Source: a virus
Virus record (IMG/VR): IMGVR_UViG_3300044729_001198
Coordinates: 32,001 to 96,000 of that record
DNA: 64,000 nucleotides
Strand: one strand, 5' to 3'
Position numbers and translations under genes: made by a program. Of the stretch, positions 10,783 to 21,913 are shown in pieces; within the stretch, counting starts at the first letter, position 1; each line of letters starts with the position of its first letter. The notes below the pieces were generated by a model, which was not told where the DNA came from, made no database searches, and saw only the letters and a program-made list of their open reading frames with translations.

Positions 10783-11985
10783 TTAAAAGTCTAATTTAAC
10801 CTTAACCAAGATTTCGTTTGAGAACGATTTCAAGATTGGTTTAGATAGTTTAGCAACTGCTAATAATTGATTATCATTATTGTAAAGTCCAACTTGAGTG
10901 ATGTACACTTTAGGGTCGCCGACAAACGTTTGTTGCCTTAATTGACCATTTGAACCAGTAATAAATGATGGGTTATTAGAAAAGTTATATTCAGCATTCT
11001 TTGCTCTTACAAAAAAGAAAGTCGATTTAACCTCTTCTTCGTTTCTGGCTTGAAATCCGTATGTAGCGTCAACAATAGCAGCACCACTAATGGCTGTAAA
11101 TAGTTTTTTGTGATTGTGTCTATCTTCACCGCCCGTAAGAGTTGGGACTACAGAACTTGCACTACGTTCAGTATTTAAAGAACAACTAGCATCTAATGTA
11201 GCAGCACTTAATACAAGAATTCCTTGTTGTGGATATACCGCTCCATAAACACCGGTACTATATACACCATTCAATAATGAGCCACTAACAATATTGTAAC
11301 TTGTAGCGGTAGAAACGCCTGTTTGATTTACATCACCACTGTCATCAATTAGAGACATCACTCTACCATTAGAACCCGACAATCTTAATTCCCAGTTACC
11401 TGGATCAAGTTTATCTTTTAAACGAGCTCTATTAATTGCTACAACATATATGTCATTTTGAGTTACACCGCCAAATGTAAAAGTTCTTTGGTTTGATGGT
11501 AATAATATTTGTTGAAATTGTGAATAGATTGCTTTAGATGGTGAATCTTCATTCTGACCATATGAACCACTACCTAATCTATGACCATATGTAATCGCAA
11601 ATTGCGGTTCTGATGTAGATGCTGATGGTATACCATTATAGATTTCATAATAGTATTGTTTTTGAGTTGATGATTGGTAAGACGATGTAAAGAACGATGT
11701 CAATTCGGCAACGTTACCACTCCATAAACCACGAGTCACTCGTTGTGTACCACCTTCAACTACGTCTTCAGTAGTGAATGCGTTATAAACTTTACCACTT
11801 CCATAATCATAAGCACCTGCTGGTACAGTTGGAGTTGCGTCTTGTTTGATATCATTTGCTAATATACTGGCTGCTGATGCTGGTTGTGCTGTTCCGGCTG
11901 AAGTTCCACCCGAAAGCGCTCCACCAAACATAGTACCAACTGTACCTGCACCACCTTGACCTTGACCTAAACTTACTACTGGCAT
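10783..11985 (-). CDS. Baseplate/tail protein with tail-collar-like C-terminus
   Basis: C-terminal YITQVGLYNNDNQLLAVAKLSKP, paralogous to 8768..10195. Confidence 0.65.
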   Translation of the reverse strand: MPVVSLGQGQGGAGTVGTMFGGALSGGTSAGTAQPASAASILANDIKQDATPTVPAGAYDYGSGKVYNAFTTEDVVEGGTQRVTRGLWSGNVAELTSFFTSSYQSSTQKQYYYEIYNGIPSASTSEPQFAITYGHRLGSGSYGQNEDSPSKAIYSQFQQILLPSNQRTFTFGGVTQNDIYVVAINRARLKDKLDPGNWELRLSGSNGRVMSLIDDSGDVNQTGVSTATSYNIVSGSLLNGVYSTGVYGAVYPQQGILVLSAATLDASCSLNTERSASSVVPTLTGGEDRHNHKKLFTAISGAAIVDATYGFQARNEEEVKSTFFFVRAKNAEYNFSNNPSFITGSNGQLRQQTFVGDPKVYITQVGLYNNDNQLLAVAKLSKPILKSFSNEILVKVKLDF

Positions 11986-12001
11986 TTTATTCCTTCCTTA
12001 A

Positions 12002-12673
12002 TTATGAGAATGTTGCTGATGTTCTTGTTGCTGTGATTACATCGTTAATAGGATTAACAGTCAAATCAATTTCAACTCTACCACCGGTCTCATTACCAAT
12101 AACAATAATACGGGTACTGATTGCGGTTCTTGTAGGGAGAACTTTAGTGGTTATTTTAATTTGGTTTTTACCAACAACACTTTGAGTCAAGTTTCTTGAG
12201 TAAGATGAAACGTTGATAATCGGATTAACACCACCAGGAACTCCAGGGTTACCAGAGATACTTGCAGCATCCGAGTTTAAAAGAATTGCAGTGTATCCAA
12301 GATTCTCGTTACCACCATTTTTAGTTGTTAAATCAATCGTAGCAGTTCTGCCGGATTCATCTAAACTTAATGTGGTAACTGATGCTTGAATATATGGTAA
12401 TTTTAATGTTGTTTTTGGTAATGTCAACAACTTGTATTTCATTGAATAGCTTTCATCAGTAAGCGCTTCAACTACAGGCATATTCTCTATAATAATACCA
12501 TAGTAATCCGTACCCAGCGGGTGTGCTGGATTCCATAATTCATAATCCACCTCATCATCTGCTAATGCAAATTGAGTAATTTGAAATTTGTCACGACCTT
12601 GTGCAAGTAACTCTCTACCCTTTTTTGTGAGGATAGCGTCTACAGTTACTGATGAGTTATCTAAAAATCCCAT
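12002..12673 (-). CDS. Virion protein with tail-collar-fibre-like N-terminus
   Basis: AILTKKGRELLA...FQITQFALADD resembles the N-terminal half of DUF3751/PF12571. Confidence 0.6.
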   Translation of the reverse strand: MGFLDNSSVTVDAILTKKGRELLAQGRDKFQITQFALADDEVDYELWNPAHPLGTDYYGIIIENMPVVEALTDESYSMKYKLLTLPKTTLKLPYIQASVTTLSLDESGRTATIDLTTKNGGNENLGYTAILLNSDAASISGNPGVPGGVNPIINVSSYSRNLTQSVVGKNQIKITTKVLPTRTAISTRIIVIGNETGGRVEIDLTVNPINDVITATRTSATFS

Positions 12674-12722
12674 GTTGTTTTCCTAATTTATATAATATAA
12701 ATATTGTTTTTTCTTTTTTATG

Positions 12723-15700
12723 TTACAATCTGCTTATGTTACTTTTGATATTCGTTATAGGGCTTGGTGCAAATACACTCGCTTGTGACTTAATTATACC
12801 TGCACTAGCAGAACCACTACCCTTATAATTAGTTGCTACCAAGTTTTTCGGATTCATCGCTTTAACAACTTTACCAGTAGGACTCTTAACATCAAGAACC
12901 CCACCACCGGCAGTTGTTGTTGAGAATACCAACTTGTTTGGTTTAACTTTAGTTACAACAATAACAGGACCACCATCCGGCGTATCTGGTGAATTTGTTG
13001 TTAGTGAATCAGAACTCACTCGACATCCGTTGAATTTTAAATTTTCAAGAGCCAATCCTTGATAATCAGAACCTTGTGCTGGTTTGTATGATGCTGAGGA
13101 TGGTAATCCTAAACTTGCTGAAAGAGCTGTACTATAGAATAGGTTTACAATTTGACCACCATTTTGAGATGGCCGAGCGTTCAACACACTACTGCCAGTC
13201 GGAATATACTCCCAATATCCATTTGTTGTTGTAAAGTATTCACCTGAAGAACTTAATTGAGATATGTAATACTTGTATGTGGATGCTTCATAATTATACA
13301 AATCAATTACACCATCAACCGACCCACTACCAAAACCATAATCTTGTCGTGAAGCGGTTATCATCGGAATAACTCTACCAATATTAGCAGAGTAGTCATG
13401 TCGTGTATAAGATACTTTACGGGGTCTACGATACTTACTACGTTCGAGGACGTGTGGTTCTATCAAGATACCTTTACGCCAATCAACCCGAGCAGGTAGT
13501 AGTTGTCGTATTTGTTCGAATACAGACATATCGTAACGAGCCAACATATCCATAATTAAATCAATAGCAGTTCCCGTTGTGTACTTTTGAAAGTAATTTT
13601 TGGCTTTGTATTTTAATAACGGATAGTCATCGTTGTATCTTTCGTCAGGATCACCAACGTAATCATCGGCTTCAAAATATCCTTCAGAATTAAATATGTC
13701 GTGGTTGATTGTATCTACAGTTGAAAAATAAGTTCCAATCAAGTTTGAATCTAATGCCGCAAAATCATATTCACTTTGTTCAACGCTATAATCAGGATTT
13801 AATACACCTTTTAATGAAGAGGATTCTATTCTGATTTTATTATTCATTAAGTTTAAAGCACCAACCGATGGTATTGACATCCATTGAGTATCAACCTCAC
13901 CAACAAGATTCGATGCTGATACACTTACAAACGAAGCACTTAAAATCTGACCTTGGTCGGTTTGTGTTACTTTTTGGTTTGGGTGAATAGATGAAATTGA
14001 AGCTGACTTAAATGTACTGTCCGGATAAATTCTATATAACAATTTATCATATGCGGTTAACATATTTAAGTCCGTTGTATTGTCATCAGCAAAATAGGCC
14101 TCTCTATTTTTTGCGTGTTCGGTTACAATCTCATTACTTAATACAGTGTTGTAATATCTAACTTCTTGAATACTTGCTGTATAATTGTTGGATGGGAATG
14201 TATATGGGCCTGGAACTTGTAATGTGGCGGAACTAACCGACCATATTGAGTTTAAAGTTGAAGCTGATGCTGGAGTAGACGTAGATGCTGTTGGATTTGC
14301 TAATATAAATCCAAAGTCATCAACCATAGCAGCATTTATAGAAAGACTTGAGGATGCTATTGTAAACACAACATCACGTCTCGTTTTATAAGGTACATAA
14401 CTCGAACTAACAATATCCGTACCATTTACACCGGCTCTGATTCGTGCTGATTTTGTATTTGGATTATAATCCCAAAAATAATCAAGGTAATCAGACCCGC
14501 TTGTCAACCTCATCAGATGGTAACTACCTACCGGCATTTTACCAATAATTTCAATTGTAGATGGTCTATATGAATTTATATCACCCCATGGGTGTGTTGA
14601 ATATTGGTCTTTGGCAAGTTCTAACTTGTATAAGAATACGTCATGCTCGTAAACATTTTTCTTTTCATTTACAGCAGGACCACCCCATTCTCTAATTTGT
14701 AAAAATGATTGTGGTATTCCATATGCTGATAGAATTGATTTGATGGAACGTGCTGTACCCTTTGTCTTATATAGCAATGGTATATTATTTACAATACGTC
14801 TCCACGTTTCATGTGTTATTTGCTCTCTAGCTTTTGATTGTAGAGAACTGCTTTGATATAGAGTACCATTATTCTCAACACCCAATGCATATTTCCACAA
14901 ACTTACATCAGAGTACCCATTGGATAATTGCCATCCAACCGATTGTGCTACTGATTTTAAAATCTCATCAGCCATACCATCTCGTGGGTGTTCTTCACGT
15001 TTATTGATATCCGTAAGTGCTTTTATATATGTCCAATATACATCAAAATGTTGACCAATCATGTCGACAAATGTAATGTAGTCAGAATTTTTATCATCTT
15101 CTTGTAGATGTATCGGAATGAAATTTCGTAAACGAGAGTCATTCAATTCATCATATAAAGAAGCCGATGCGTATACACCACTATACCACGTTTCTGCTTG
15201 AGAACTTGTGATGTGTCTTAAAATATGAGGATATGTTGCTACTTTTGGATATGGTTCGATTTGATAAGCAGATGATGACCAAAACGTATAATTGTTTTTA
15301 TTTACATCGTAATACATCCATTGTTCAAAATCATCAAACCCACCAACAATTCTATCTCTACGAACAAGCGATTGTGATATGTTTGTGATTGCTTCAGAAC
15401 CACTAACGCTACCCAATACATTTATACGATTATTATAGTTTTCTATTTGCTGTAGTTTGTATATAAAATTATCAACCCTCTCGGTTGCGGATGAAAAGTG
15501 TACAAAGTTAGCGAAATCGGAGTAGTCAATATTTAATTTGGTTTGACCAAGTGAACCACTAAAATAGTGATTTATTATTTGTTGAGACGTTGTAAGGTCA
15601 GCGTCTAACAAACTATCCCATGTTTGCCAGTCGGTTGAGTTTCCTGAATTTAAGGTTACATCTATAGCAAAATTTGGCTCTGAAAAATCATCTCTATCTG

Positions 15701-17009
15701 GCTTTACTGATGCTTCTGGAAATACTATAATCTTTTCTACATATGATTTCAATAAACGACCACACACAGCAACACTTGTTCTATTCTGAACTTCGTTACC
15801 AATTGGTTTTGTTAATTTAACAACAACCGAGGTCCATTGAGTTGGCGTTGTGTCGAATCGTGAATATGTTAATGAATCAAACCCAGCAGTTGTATTTATA
15901 ACCTTTATAGTGGTGTCAGGAACTTGAACTGCGTTTGGTAAAAAGAAATACCAAGCAACACCAAGTTCGGATGTAGGTACGGCGGCTCCACTTTTAGTTC
16001 CCCAAAAGTATGCAAGAGTAGAATCGTTTATTGTGGAATTTCTAACAGCATTTGCCGTTGCGTTACCAGCACTACCTGGAATTGCATCTAAAGCGGCTAT
16101 AATATCATCTTTTGATACTTCACGTTGTACAAACCCATAACCATTGTTTACACCAGTTTCTTGTAATTTAAAATAAGCAAATCTACCAGTCGGTTTACCA
16201 TCTTTATCAGCACCATTGGTAGTGCCACCAATAACAATAGTTGGGGTGTAAACTTCCATGAACAAGTCCCACTCGCCACTTGAAAAACTTGTTTTCAAAA
16301 AACGTGTACTGATATTGTCAAATGTCCCCCTTGGACATTGTAGTTCACTATCAACAACACCTTTTGATGGTCCAAAGAATTCCATCGATACGATGTCGTA
16401 TAAATTATTATCACCAAAGTTTAATACAAAATCTCTGAATACATTACCACCTTTGTTAAAAGAATTAGTAGCACTTGGTTCAAGATATATATCTCTTAAC
16501 AATGAAAAATTCTTTTCAGCAGGAGCAAGTTCATCTTTAATATCAATTGTTGTTTCACCAACAACTATAGAACCAGCACTTGCTTTTGCGGAAGATGGTG
16601 CTTTAAATGATAATTTAACTTCAGTTCTATCAGATGAAATAGCACTTACAATTACATCAGAGTTTTTAGGCGTACCATTAAATCTTTGCAAGAAGTTATA
16701 CACCATGGAATATGTACCTTGGTTAATTCCAGCGTCGCGTATATCCTTTTCAGGTTGAATATACAACTTTGACCCAATGTAATCAATTGGATTGCTATAA
16801 TACGATTTGATTAGGTTTTCACCAGCGTATATATGAACTTCAGATACGACATCCACATCACCTTCATCGTAATTACCTTTGAGGTCGTTTTCGGTAAGTT
16901 GAAGAATGTATTCTTTTAATGCTTCACGACTCTCCATAGGAATAGTCTCTCCGAATACAGGAACGTACCCAAGCACTTCATCGATATTTGTAAATCTATT
17001 TAACGACAT
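12723..17009 (-). CDS. Baseplate wedge protein (gp7 / P2 gpI-like), 1428 aa
   Basis: GQHFDVYWTYIK...VGW...NIPLLYKTKGTARSIKSILSAYGIP...IREWGGP is the gp7/P2-I-type KGT motif; next to gp6. Confidence 0.7.
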   Translation of the reverse strand: MSLNRFTNIDEVLGYVPVFGETIPMESREALKEYILQLTENDLKGNYDEGDVDVVSEVHIYAGENLIKSYYSNPIDYIGSKLYIQPEKDIRDAGINQGTYSMVYNFLQRFNGTPKNSDVIVSAISSDRTEVKLSFKAPSSAKASAGSIVVGETTIDIKDELAPAEKNFSLLRDIYLEPSATNSFNKGGNVFRDFVLNFGDNNLYDIVSMEFFGPSKGVVDSELQCPRGTFDNISTRFLKTSFSSGEWDLFMEVYTPTIVIGGTTNGADKDGKPTGRFAYFKLQETGVNNGYGFVQREVSKDDIIAALDAIPGSAGNATANAVRNSTINDSTLAYFWGTKSGAAVPTSELGVAWYFFLPNAVQVPDTTIKVINTTAGFDSLTYSRFDTTPTQWTSVVVKLTKPIGNEVQNRTSVAVCGRLLKSYVEKIIVFPEASVKPDRDDFSEPNFAIDVTLNSGNSTDWQTWDSLLDADLTTSQQIINHYFSGSLGQTKLNIDYSDFANFVHFSSATERVDNFIYKLQQIENYNNRINVLGSVSGSEAITNISQSLVRRDRIVGGFDDFEQWMYYDVNKNNYTFWSSSAYQIEPYPKVATYPHILRHITSSQAETWYSGVYASASLYDELNDSRLRNFIPIHLQEDDKNSDYITFVDMIGQHFDVYWTYIKALTDINKREEHPRDGMADEILKSVAQSVGWQLSNGYSDVSLWKYALGVENNGTLYQSSSLQSKAREQITHETWRRIVNNIPLLYKTKGTARSIKSILSAYGIPQSFLQIREWGGPAVNEKKNVYEHDVFLYKLELAKDQYSTHPWGDINSYRPSTIEIIGKMPVGSYHLMRLTSGSDYLDYFWDYNPNTKSARIRAGVNGTDIVSSSYVPYKTRRDVVFTIASSSLSINAAMVDDFGFILANPTASTSTPASASTLNSIWSVSSATLQVPGPYTFPSNNYTASIQEVRYYNTVLSNEIVTEHAKNREAYFADDNTTDLNMLTAYDKLLYRIYPDSTFKSASISSIHPNQKVTQTDQGQILSASFVSVSASNLVGEVDTQWMSIPSVGALNLMNNKIRIESSSLKGVLNPDYSVEQSEYDFAALDSNLIGTYFSTVDTINHDIFNSEGYFEADDYVGDPDERYNDDYPLLKYKAKNYFQKYTTGTAIDLIMDMLARYDMSVFEQIRQLLPARVDWRKGILIEPHVLERSKYRRPRKVSYTRHDYSANIGRVIPMITASRQDYGFGSGSVDGVIDLYNYEASTYKYYISQLSSSGEYFTTTNGYWEYIPTGSSVLNARPSQNGGQIVNLFYSTALSASLGLPSSASYKPAQGSDYQGLALENLKFNGCRVSSDSLTTNSPDTPDGGPVIVVTKVKPNKLVFSTTTAGGGVLDVKSPTGKVVKAMNPKNLVATNYKGSGSASAGIIKSQASVFAPSPITNIKSNISRL

Positions 17010-17014
17010 AATCT

Positions 17015-17449
17015 TTACTGATAATATGGGATGTTTTCAATGAATACCCAAGTTTGTGATGTAGCATTCCAATTATAGACATCATCACTTCCATCTTGAA
17101 GAGGAACTCTATTTTCTTCACCATCGGTCGTACCGGCATACCCAAATGGGTCATACGATGCTGGGGTTGAACTTGTACTCGATGGTGGTCGTGTATCTAT
17201 TTCGGTTTGATATTGTGGATTTGGTTTTATTTTAACAGCGGTTATTTTTGGTTTTATTTCGTTTGATATTTCATCAATAAATTCATTAAAGAATGAATAT
17301 TGTGTATACTTTGCAGTGTCGGTAAAATCACCAGCACCAATACCAAGTTTTCCGTATTGTTGTAATGGAGTTCCATTCTCATCAAATGAAACCGGGTATG
17401 ATATTATCTGACCCCTACCATTCCTTTTAATGTTTCTTTCTACTGCCAT
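17015..17449 (-). CDS. Hypothetical protein in the baseplate module
   Basis: 144 aa; ATG/TAA coupling with the upstream ORF. Confidence 0.55.
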   Translation of the reverse strand: MAVERNIKRNGRGQIISYPVSFDENGTPLQQYGKLGIGAGDFTDTAKYTQYSFFNEFIDEISNEIKPKITAVKIKPNPQYQTEIDTRPPSSTSSTPASYDPFGYAGTTDGEENRVPLQDGSDDVYNWNATSQTWVFIENIPYYQ

Positions 17450-19542
17450 TATTTAACCACTTTGAAATAGAAGTTATCGTCATAGTATTTTGTAGTACCA
17501 TTCATGACAACTTTAAATACAAACTTATAGAACCTTTCGGGTTGTAATCCATTGAACCAAAAATTAAAATAATTGGATGTTGAATCGCAACTTATCTTTG
17601 TATAAGTATCATCGAACGGAATAATTGTCTGATGTGTTTCAGCATCAACTACCGAGTAATATGTGGTTGTTGGTAAATACTTAACAACTTTTGTCGGTGA
17701 TGATGAAAATGTTCTCGTAGCGTATCTTTCTCTACCAAATACTCTAATTTTAGCTTGAGAGGTTTCTTTATATTCGGTAAGTAACCCTTTAACATATAAT
17801 ATTACATCATCAGCTCCAGATGCACTCGAAAGTGCTGACAATGAACCTGTAGTAAATGTAAAATTATTCCATCGTATATCGAGAGTTGGTGGGTATATTG
17901 TATGTGTGTCGGATGAGAAATACTTCATCGAACCGAATTTTTTGGTAGATGCTTCATCGACTCTGCTTTTCAATACAATAAGTCCATTATTTAACCTATC
18001 ACCTCGTAACCAATCGTTTACATATTCAGTAACTTCAACATTTACATTTTGAACATATTTGTCAAATGATTGTGAATATGTTGTATTAGTCCCCCATGAT
18101 GAGGTATACCATGTGCCACCACCGGAATTAACATTATATCGCGCTTCAAACGTTCTATCAGAATAATAAGCTCCGGTTGGATATAAGGTGGGGTCAGTCT
18201 TTAAAATAAATGATGACAATGATGCGCTTGCGTCACCGATGGTATCATTATAATATGTCCATCTAAAATAGTAATGACCATCTTGGGCTGCTACAAAACT
18301 TGAAGTGAATTGTATAGACCCACTTAAATATTCCGAATAACCATCCATTTCCGATGCTTGTAATTGACGACCATCGGGTTCTAATATGGTGAATGCTATA
18401 GAACTGCTAACATCGGAATTTGATGCAAACATATTTCCACTATTAGCATTAAAGCTTGCGGTATATCCAATTCCACCAAATAATTCAAATCGTTTAAATA
18501 ATGTAGCTCCGCCGAAATTAGAAGCACTCATATTTAGTTTACTTTGACTTACAAATATAGTTGGAATCTCACCAAGGCTACCCGTGATTGGTTCACTTAA
18601 AAAATAACTTGCTGAAGCAGGTGTACCATTAACTACAAACGTGTCATTTACTAAAGTTCCGGGAGATACCATTTTGTATATGAAAAAGTTATCAATTGTA
18701 GCTGTTACTCCATTTGAATTATTTTCATCAAAGAATGTAAATTGTATATTATGATTACCACTATTTGATGCAGTAAATGATACAGAGTGTGTAGCGGCTG
18801 TCGTTAAGTTTTGTGTATAATTTGAAACTTCAGCTGCTGTATAATATGTATTATCTGGCCTTTGTATTCTAAAGTCTATGCCATTTATATTAGTCGGGTC
18901 TACTTCAAAATCTATGTAGTATATTGAACCACTACTTAATGATGCTGATAGATTTGCAGTTCCACCACCATACGCTGATGCTGACATTTCCATCTTAAAA
19001 CTACTTGATATATTAAGTTCTGTAGCAGTACCATTAATACCATTTATAGCATCAATTAATGTAAATTCACCAAGGGTTGATACAAAATCGTAATATAAAC
19101 TTAAACCAGGAACGTTGGATGGGTGTTTTCCGGTATTAGCATTTGCATTAATAACATCCCAAACATCAGTACCATTTCTATAGACCCAAGATACACCATC
19201 AACATTGTGTGGTGTGTCTGGTTCCGAACCAACGCCCTCATCCCATGATTCTTTTAACGGATATACATATAGTGTATAGTTTGACGCTATTTGAGATTCA
19301 TCAATAGATTCGAGATGTAAGTAGTATTTAATACTACCGCTAATGTCACCATCAACAATAGATTGACTTATAGTAGATAGGTCATATTGTAGTAGGGCTC
19401 TACTATTACCAAATAATGTAGTGTTATCGGTGTCATACAATTTTATAACTTCAAGAATCTCGTCCTTGCCGGTGTTCTGATTCTTACGAAGTGTATCTTC
19501 GTAGATTGTTGCGTCCTTCTTTGGATAAAGTCTATAAATCAT
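17449..19542 (-). CDS. DNRLRE-like domain virion protein
   Basis: KDATIYE...NTGKDEILEV...SRALLQYDLS N-terminus; beta-sandwich inserts; PPTLDIRW closure. Confidence 0.65.
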   Translation of the reverse strand: MIYRLYPKKDATIYEDTLRKNQNTGKDEILEVIKLYDTDNTTLFGNSRALLQYDLSTISQSIVDGDISGSIKYYLHLESIDESQIASNYTLYVYPLKESWDEGVGSEPDTPHNVDGVSWVYRNGTDVWDVINANANTGKHPSNVPGLSLYYDFVSTLGEFTLIDAINGINGTATELNISSSFKMEMSASAYGGGTANLSASLSSGSIYYIDFEVDPTNINGIDFRIQRPDNTYYTAAEVSNYTQNLTTAATHSVSFTASNSGNHNIQFTFFDENNSNGVTATIDNFFIYKMVSPGTLVNDTFVVNGTPASASYFLSEPITGSLGEIPTIFVSQSKLNMSASNFGGATLFKRFELFGGIGYTASFNANSGNMFASNSDVSSSIAFTILEPDGRQLQASEMDGYSEYLSGSIQFTSSFVAAQDGHYYFRWTYYNDTIGDASASLSSFILKTDPTLYPTGAYYSDRTFEARYNVNSGGGTWYTSSWGTNTTYSQSFDKYVQNVNVEVTEYVNDWLRGDRLNNGLIVLKSRVDEASTKKFGSMKYFSSDTHTIYPPTLDIRWNNFTFTTGSLSALSSASGADDVILYVKGLLTEYKETSQAKIRVFGRERYATRTFSSSPTKVVKYLPTTTYYSVVDAETHQTIIPFDDTYTKISCDSTSNYFNFWFNGLQPERFYKFVFKVVMNGTTKYYDDNFYFKVVK

Positions 19543-19552
19543 TTCTTACCTC

Positions 19553-21469
19553 TTAAAACAATCTAACTACCTTACCACGGATGTCCGTGTCAGGATATTT
19601 TACTTCAAAAATAGCTGGGTCTTTGGGTGGGTATATCATACCATTTCGAGTTGCGTTTTTCATATCGTATTTGTTTGATGAATATAATCCATCATATTTG
19701 TTTACTATTTGTAAACCACCCTCACCATTTTCATTTGGTCTAACTACACTTTGTACACCCTTTACACCATCCAATAATACATACACATCCGATAGGTTTA
19801 TTGGTTGATTTATTTGCATATTATCAATGTGGAAATATTTCTTTAGAGCATCTACACATCTTAATAAAACTTCATTAGAGTTGTAGTTTGGTAATACAAT
19901 GATTTCAAAATCAATACCAACGTTGACTATATGTGCGTTTTTAATATTTACAGCATCAGTTAAAATTCTATAATATGACAAATAGTTTTTAAGATTCTCT
20001 TTGGTAGCTGTATTTAAGTTTTTTAATCTTTGATTAGCATCATAACCAAGAATATAGAAGTTTATAGCTAATGGATTTGGAATTCCGTTTTTCACATAAG
20101 TACCATCAAGAGCGGTTGATACTTGGAAATCAGGAGCAACATAAGCTTTAGATACCGACCCAAATTGAGGCGGCATTGCGTACGCTCTTAATACATAGTC
20201 TTCACGAGTTACTGCTCGATTTTGAGCTCTGAAATATGATATAGCATTTTGGCGTACTTCTTCAATTTCTTCTTCGTATTTACCACCACCAGCAGCCGCT
20301 TCATTTGTTGCGGCTATTGAACGTTGAACCACACGATATACTGTACCATCCAAATCAGTAGCATCGTTTTCTAAAATTAAATCGGATATTTTTGTAAGGT
20401 CTTGAGATGGTACGTTATCGACTACACCATTACCAACTCGATATGTAACAGTTAATGTTGTATTCGCTGGAGCTACACCATATGTTTTTGAATACATAAA
20501 GTTAGATGGGTCAATTCCTTGGTCAAGATTTGAAGTAGCATTGTATAACGCAGAACCAACATTAGTTGGGTTTGGTAAGATTTCTTCATCAGCATTTGAT
20601 GATACGCCTGCCCCAAACTGAATGTCTATTGAACCATCGTCAACAATTCGAGTTACGAATCGCTTTGGAACTTTTTTAAGTCTTAATAGATATGGAGTTT
20701 CTGAAGCGTATACTGACATTTGTAGTGAATAGTCGGTTGTATTTGGTACTTGTTCAAATACAGTATCTTGAGCAAGATATTCTACTTTAGACCACACGTC
20801 ACCATCATCATCCATGATTTTAATCACATCAATCAAACCATCATCTTCGATTTTTATTTTGTCGTAAATCTTTGGAGTAGTAAATGTAAATGTGGATGTT
20901 TTTTCTTCACCACTTACAGCTTTTACATATTTTTTAAGAAGATAATAGATTGGTTCATTCGTAGTTTCGTCTATCTGATAAACCGTTACTTCAGTTGGGT
21001 CATATGATGATGAGAACGAAAAGTTTACTTTTTCAATTGTTGAGAATACCACATTCGGATTTGATACCGATGAGGCCTTCATACCTTCTTTGATTGTTAA
21101 TGCGTAGTCAAAATCAGGAGCTACATTATCACCAACACCCTTTGATGGTACAATTTGATAAACACTTAAAGTTGTACTCGCAGGAACATTCAGTTTTGGT
21201 TTGTAACCAAATGATTGTGCTATTGTAAATACATTCTTTTTTTCTTGAGCTTCTTCAAGAATAGATTCTCTCAATTGAACGTCTGTATAATATGAAAGTA
21301 CGTCACCAACATATGAAGCCATTTCCATGAACATCATTCCGGGTGACGACTCGTTAAAATCGTTATATGTTTGTGGGAAGTAATTCTTTGTGAAGTCAAT
21401 TAGATTTTGTCTAATATCTCCAAAATCACGACCAATTAAATTAACTTCTTTTTTTATTTTGTCTGCCAT
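19553..21469 (-). CDS. Baseplate wedge subunit, T4 gp6 / baseplate J-like
   Basis: RDFGDIRQNLIDF...YNDFNESSPGMMFMEMASYVGDVLSYY and AQNRAVTREDY motifs. Confidence 0.9.
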   Translation of the reverse strand: MADKIKKEVNLIGRDFGDIRQNLIDFTKNYFPQTYNDFNESSPGMMFMEMASYVGDVLSYYTDVQLRESILEEAQEKKNVFTIAQSFGYKPKLNVPASTTLSVYQIVPSKGVGDNVAPDFDYALTIKEGMKASSVSNPNVVFSTIEKVNFSFSSSYDPTEVTVYQIDETTNEPIYYLLKKYVKAVSGEEKTSTFTFTTPKIYDKIKIEDDGLIDVIKIMDDDGDVWSKVEYLAQDTVFEQVPNTTDYSLQMSVYASETPYLLRLKKVPKRFVTRIVDDGSIDIQFGAGVSSNADEEILPNPTNVGSALYNATSNLDQGIDPSNFMYSKTYGVAPANTTLTVTYRVGNGVVDNVPSQDLTKISDLILENDATDLDGTVYRVVQRSIAATNEAAAGGGKYEEEIEEVRQNAISYFRAQNRAVTREDYVLRAYAMPPQFGSVSKAYVAPDFQVSTALDGTYVKNGIPNPLAINFYILGYDANQRLKNLNTATKENLKNYLSYYRILTDAVNIKNAHIVNVGIDFEIIVLPNYNSNEVLLRCVDALKKYFHIDNMQINQPINLSDVYVLLDGVKGVQSVVRPNENGEGGLQIVNKYDGLYSSNKYDMKNATRNGMIYPPKDPAIFEVKYPDTDIRGKVVRLF

Positions 21470-21478
21470 TTATATTCC

Positions 21479-21913
21479 TCAAACTAATGTCATACTTCCT
21501 TGTGATGTTATTGTCATTGTGATATTTCTATTAGCCCCATTTTCAGTAACTTTATAATTTAAAGATATGTTTATCCTATTTGTATCTTCATTAACGTTTA
21601 CGTTGATAGAGTCAATTATTATGTATGGTAACCAGTATTTAATATCTTCTGTCAATGAATTTGAAAGTGAGTCTTCAAGGTCATCGGTCATTTGTTCAAA
21701 TAACAATGAGTAAACATCAGTACCAAAAAATGGTTGAAATGGACGTTCACCCTTTCGAGTCAACAATAAATTCTTTAGATTTGAAATAGACTGCTCTTCG
21801 GTAGTGTAGGATAATTTAAATAAGGGGTCACCACCCAATGGTAACATAACACCAATGGCTGTATTCTTTTTTAAATCAAGTGGATTTATTTTCCATTCCC
21901 TACGAGTAGCCAT
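21479..21913 (-). CDS. Baseplate wedge gp25 / GPW-like
   Basis: NLKNLLLTRKGERPFQPFFGTDVYSLLFE...IKYWLPYI. Confidence 0.9.
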   Translation of the reverse strand: MATRREWKINPLDLKKNTAIGVMLPLGGDPLFKLSYTTEEQSISNLKNLLLTRKGERPFQPFFGTDVYSLLFEQMTDDLEDSLSNSLTEDIKYWLPYIIIDSINVNVNEDTNRINISLNYKVTENGANRNITMTITSQGSMTLV

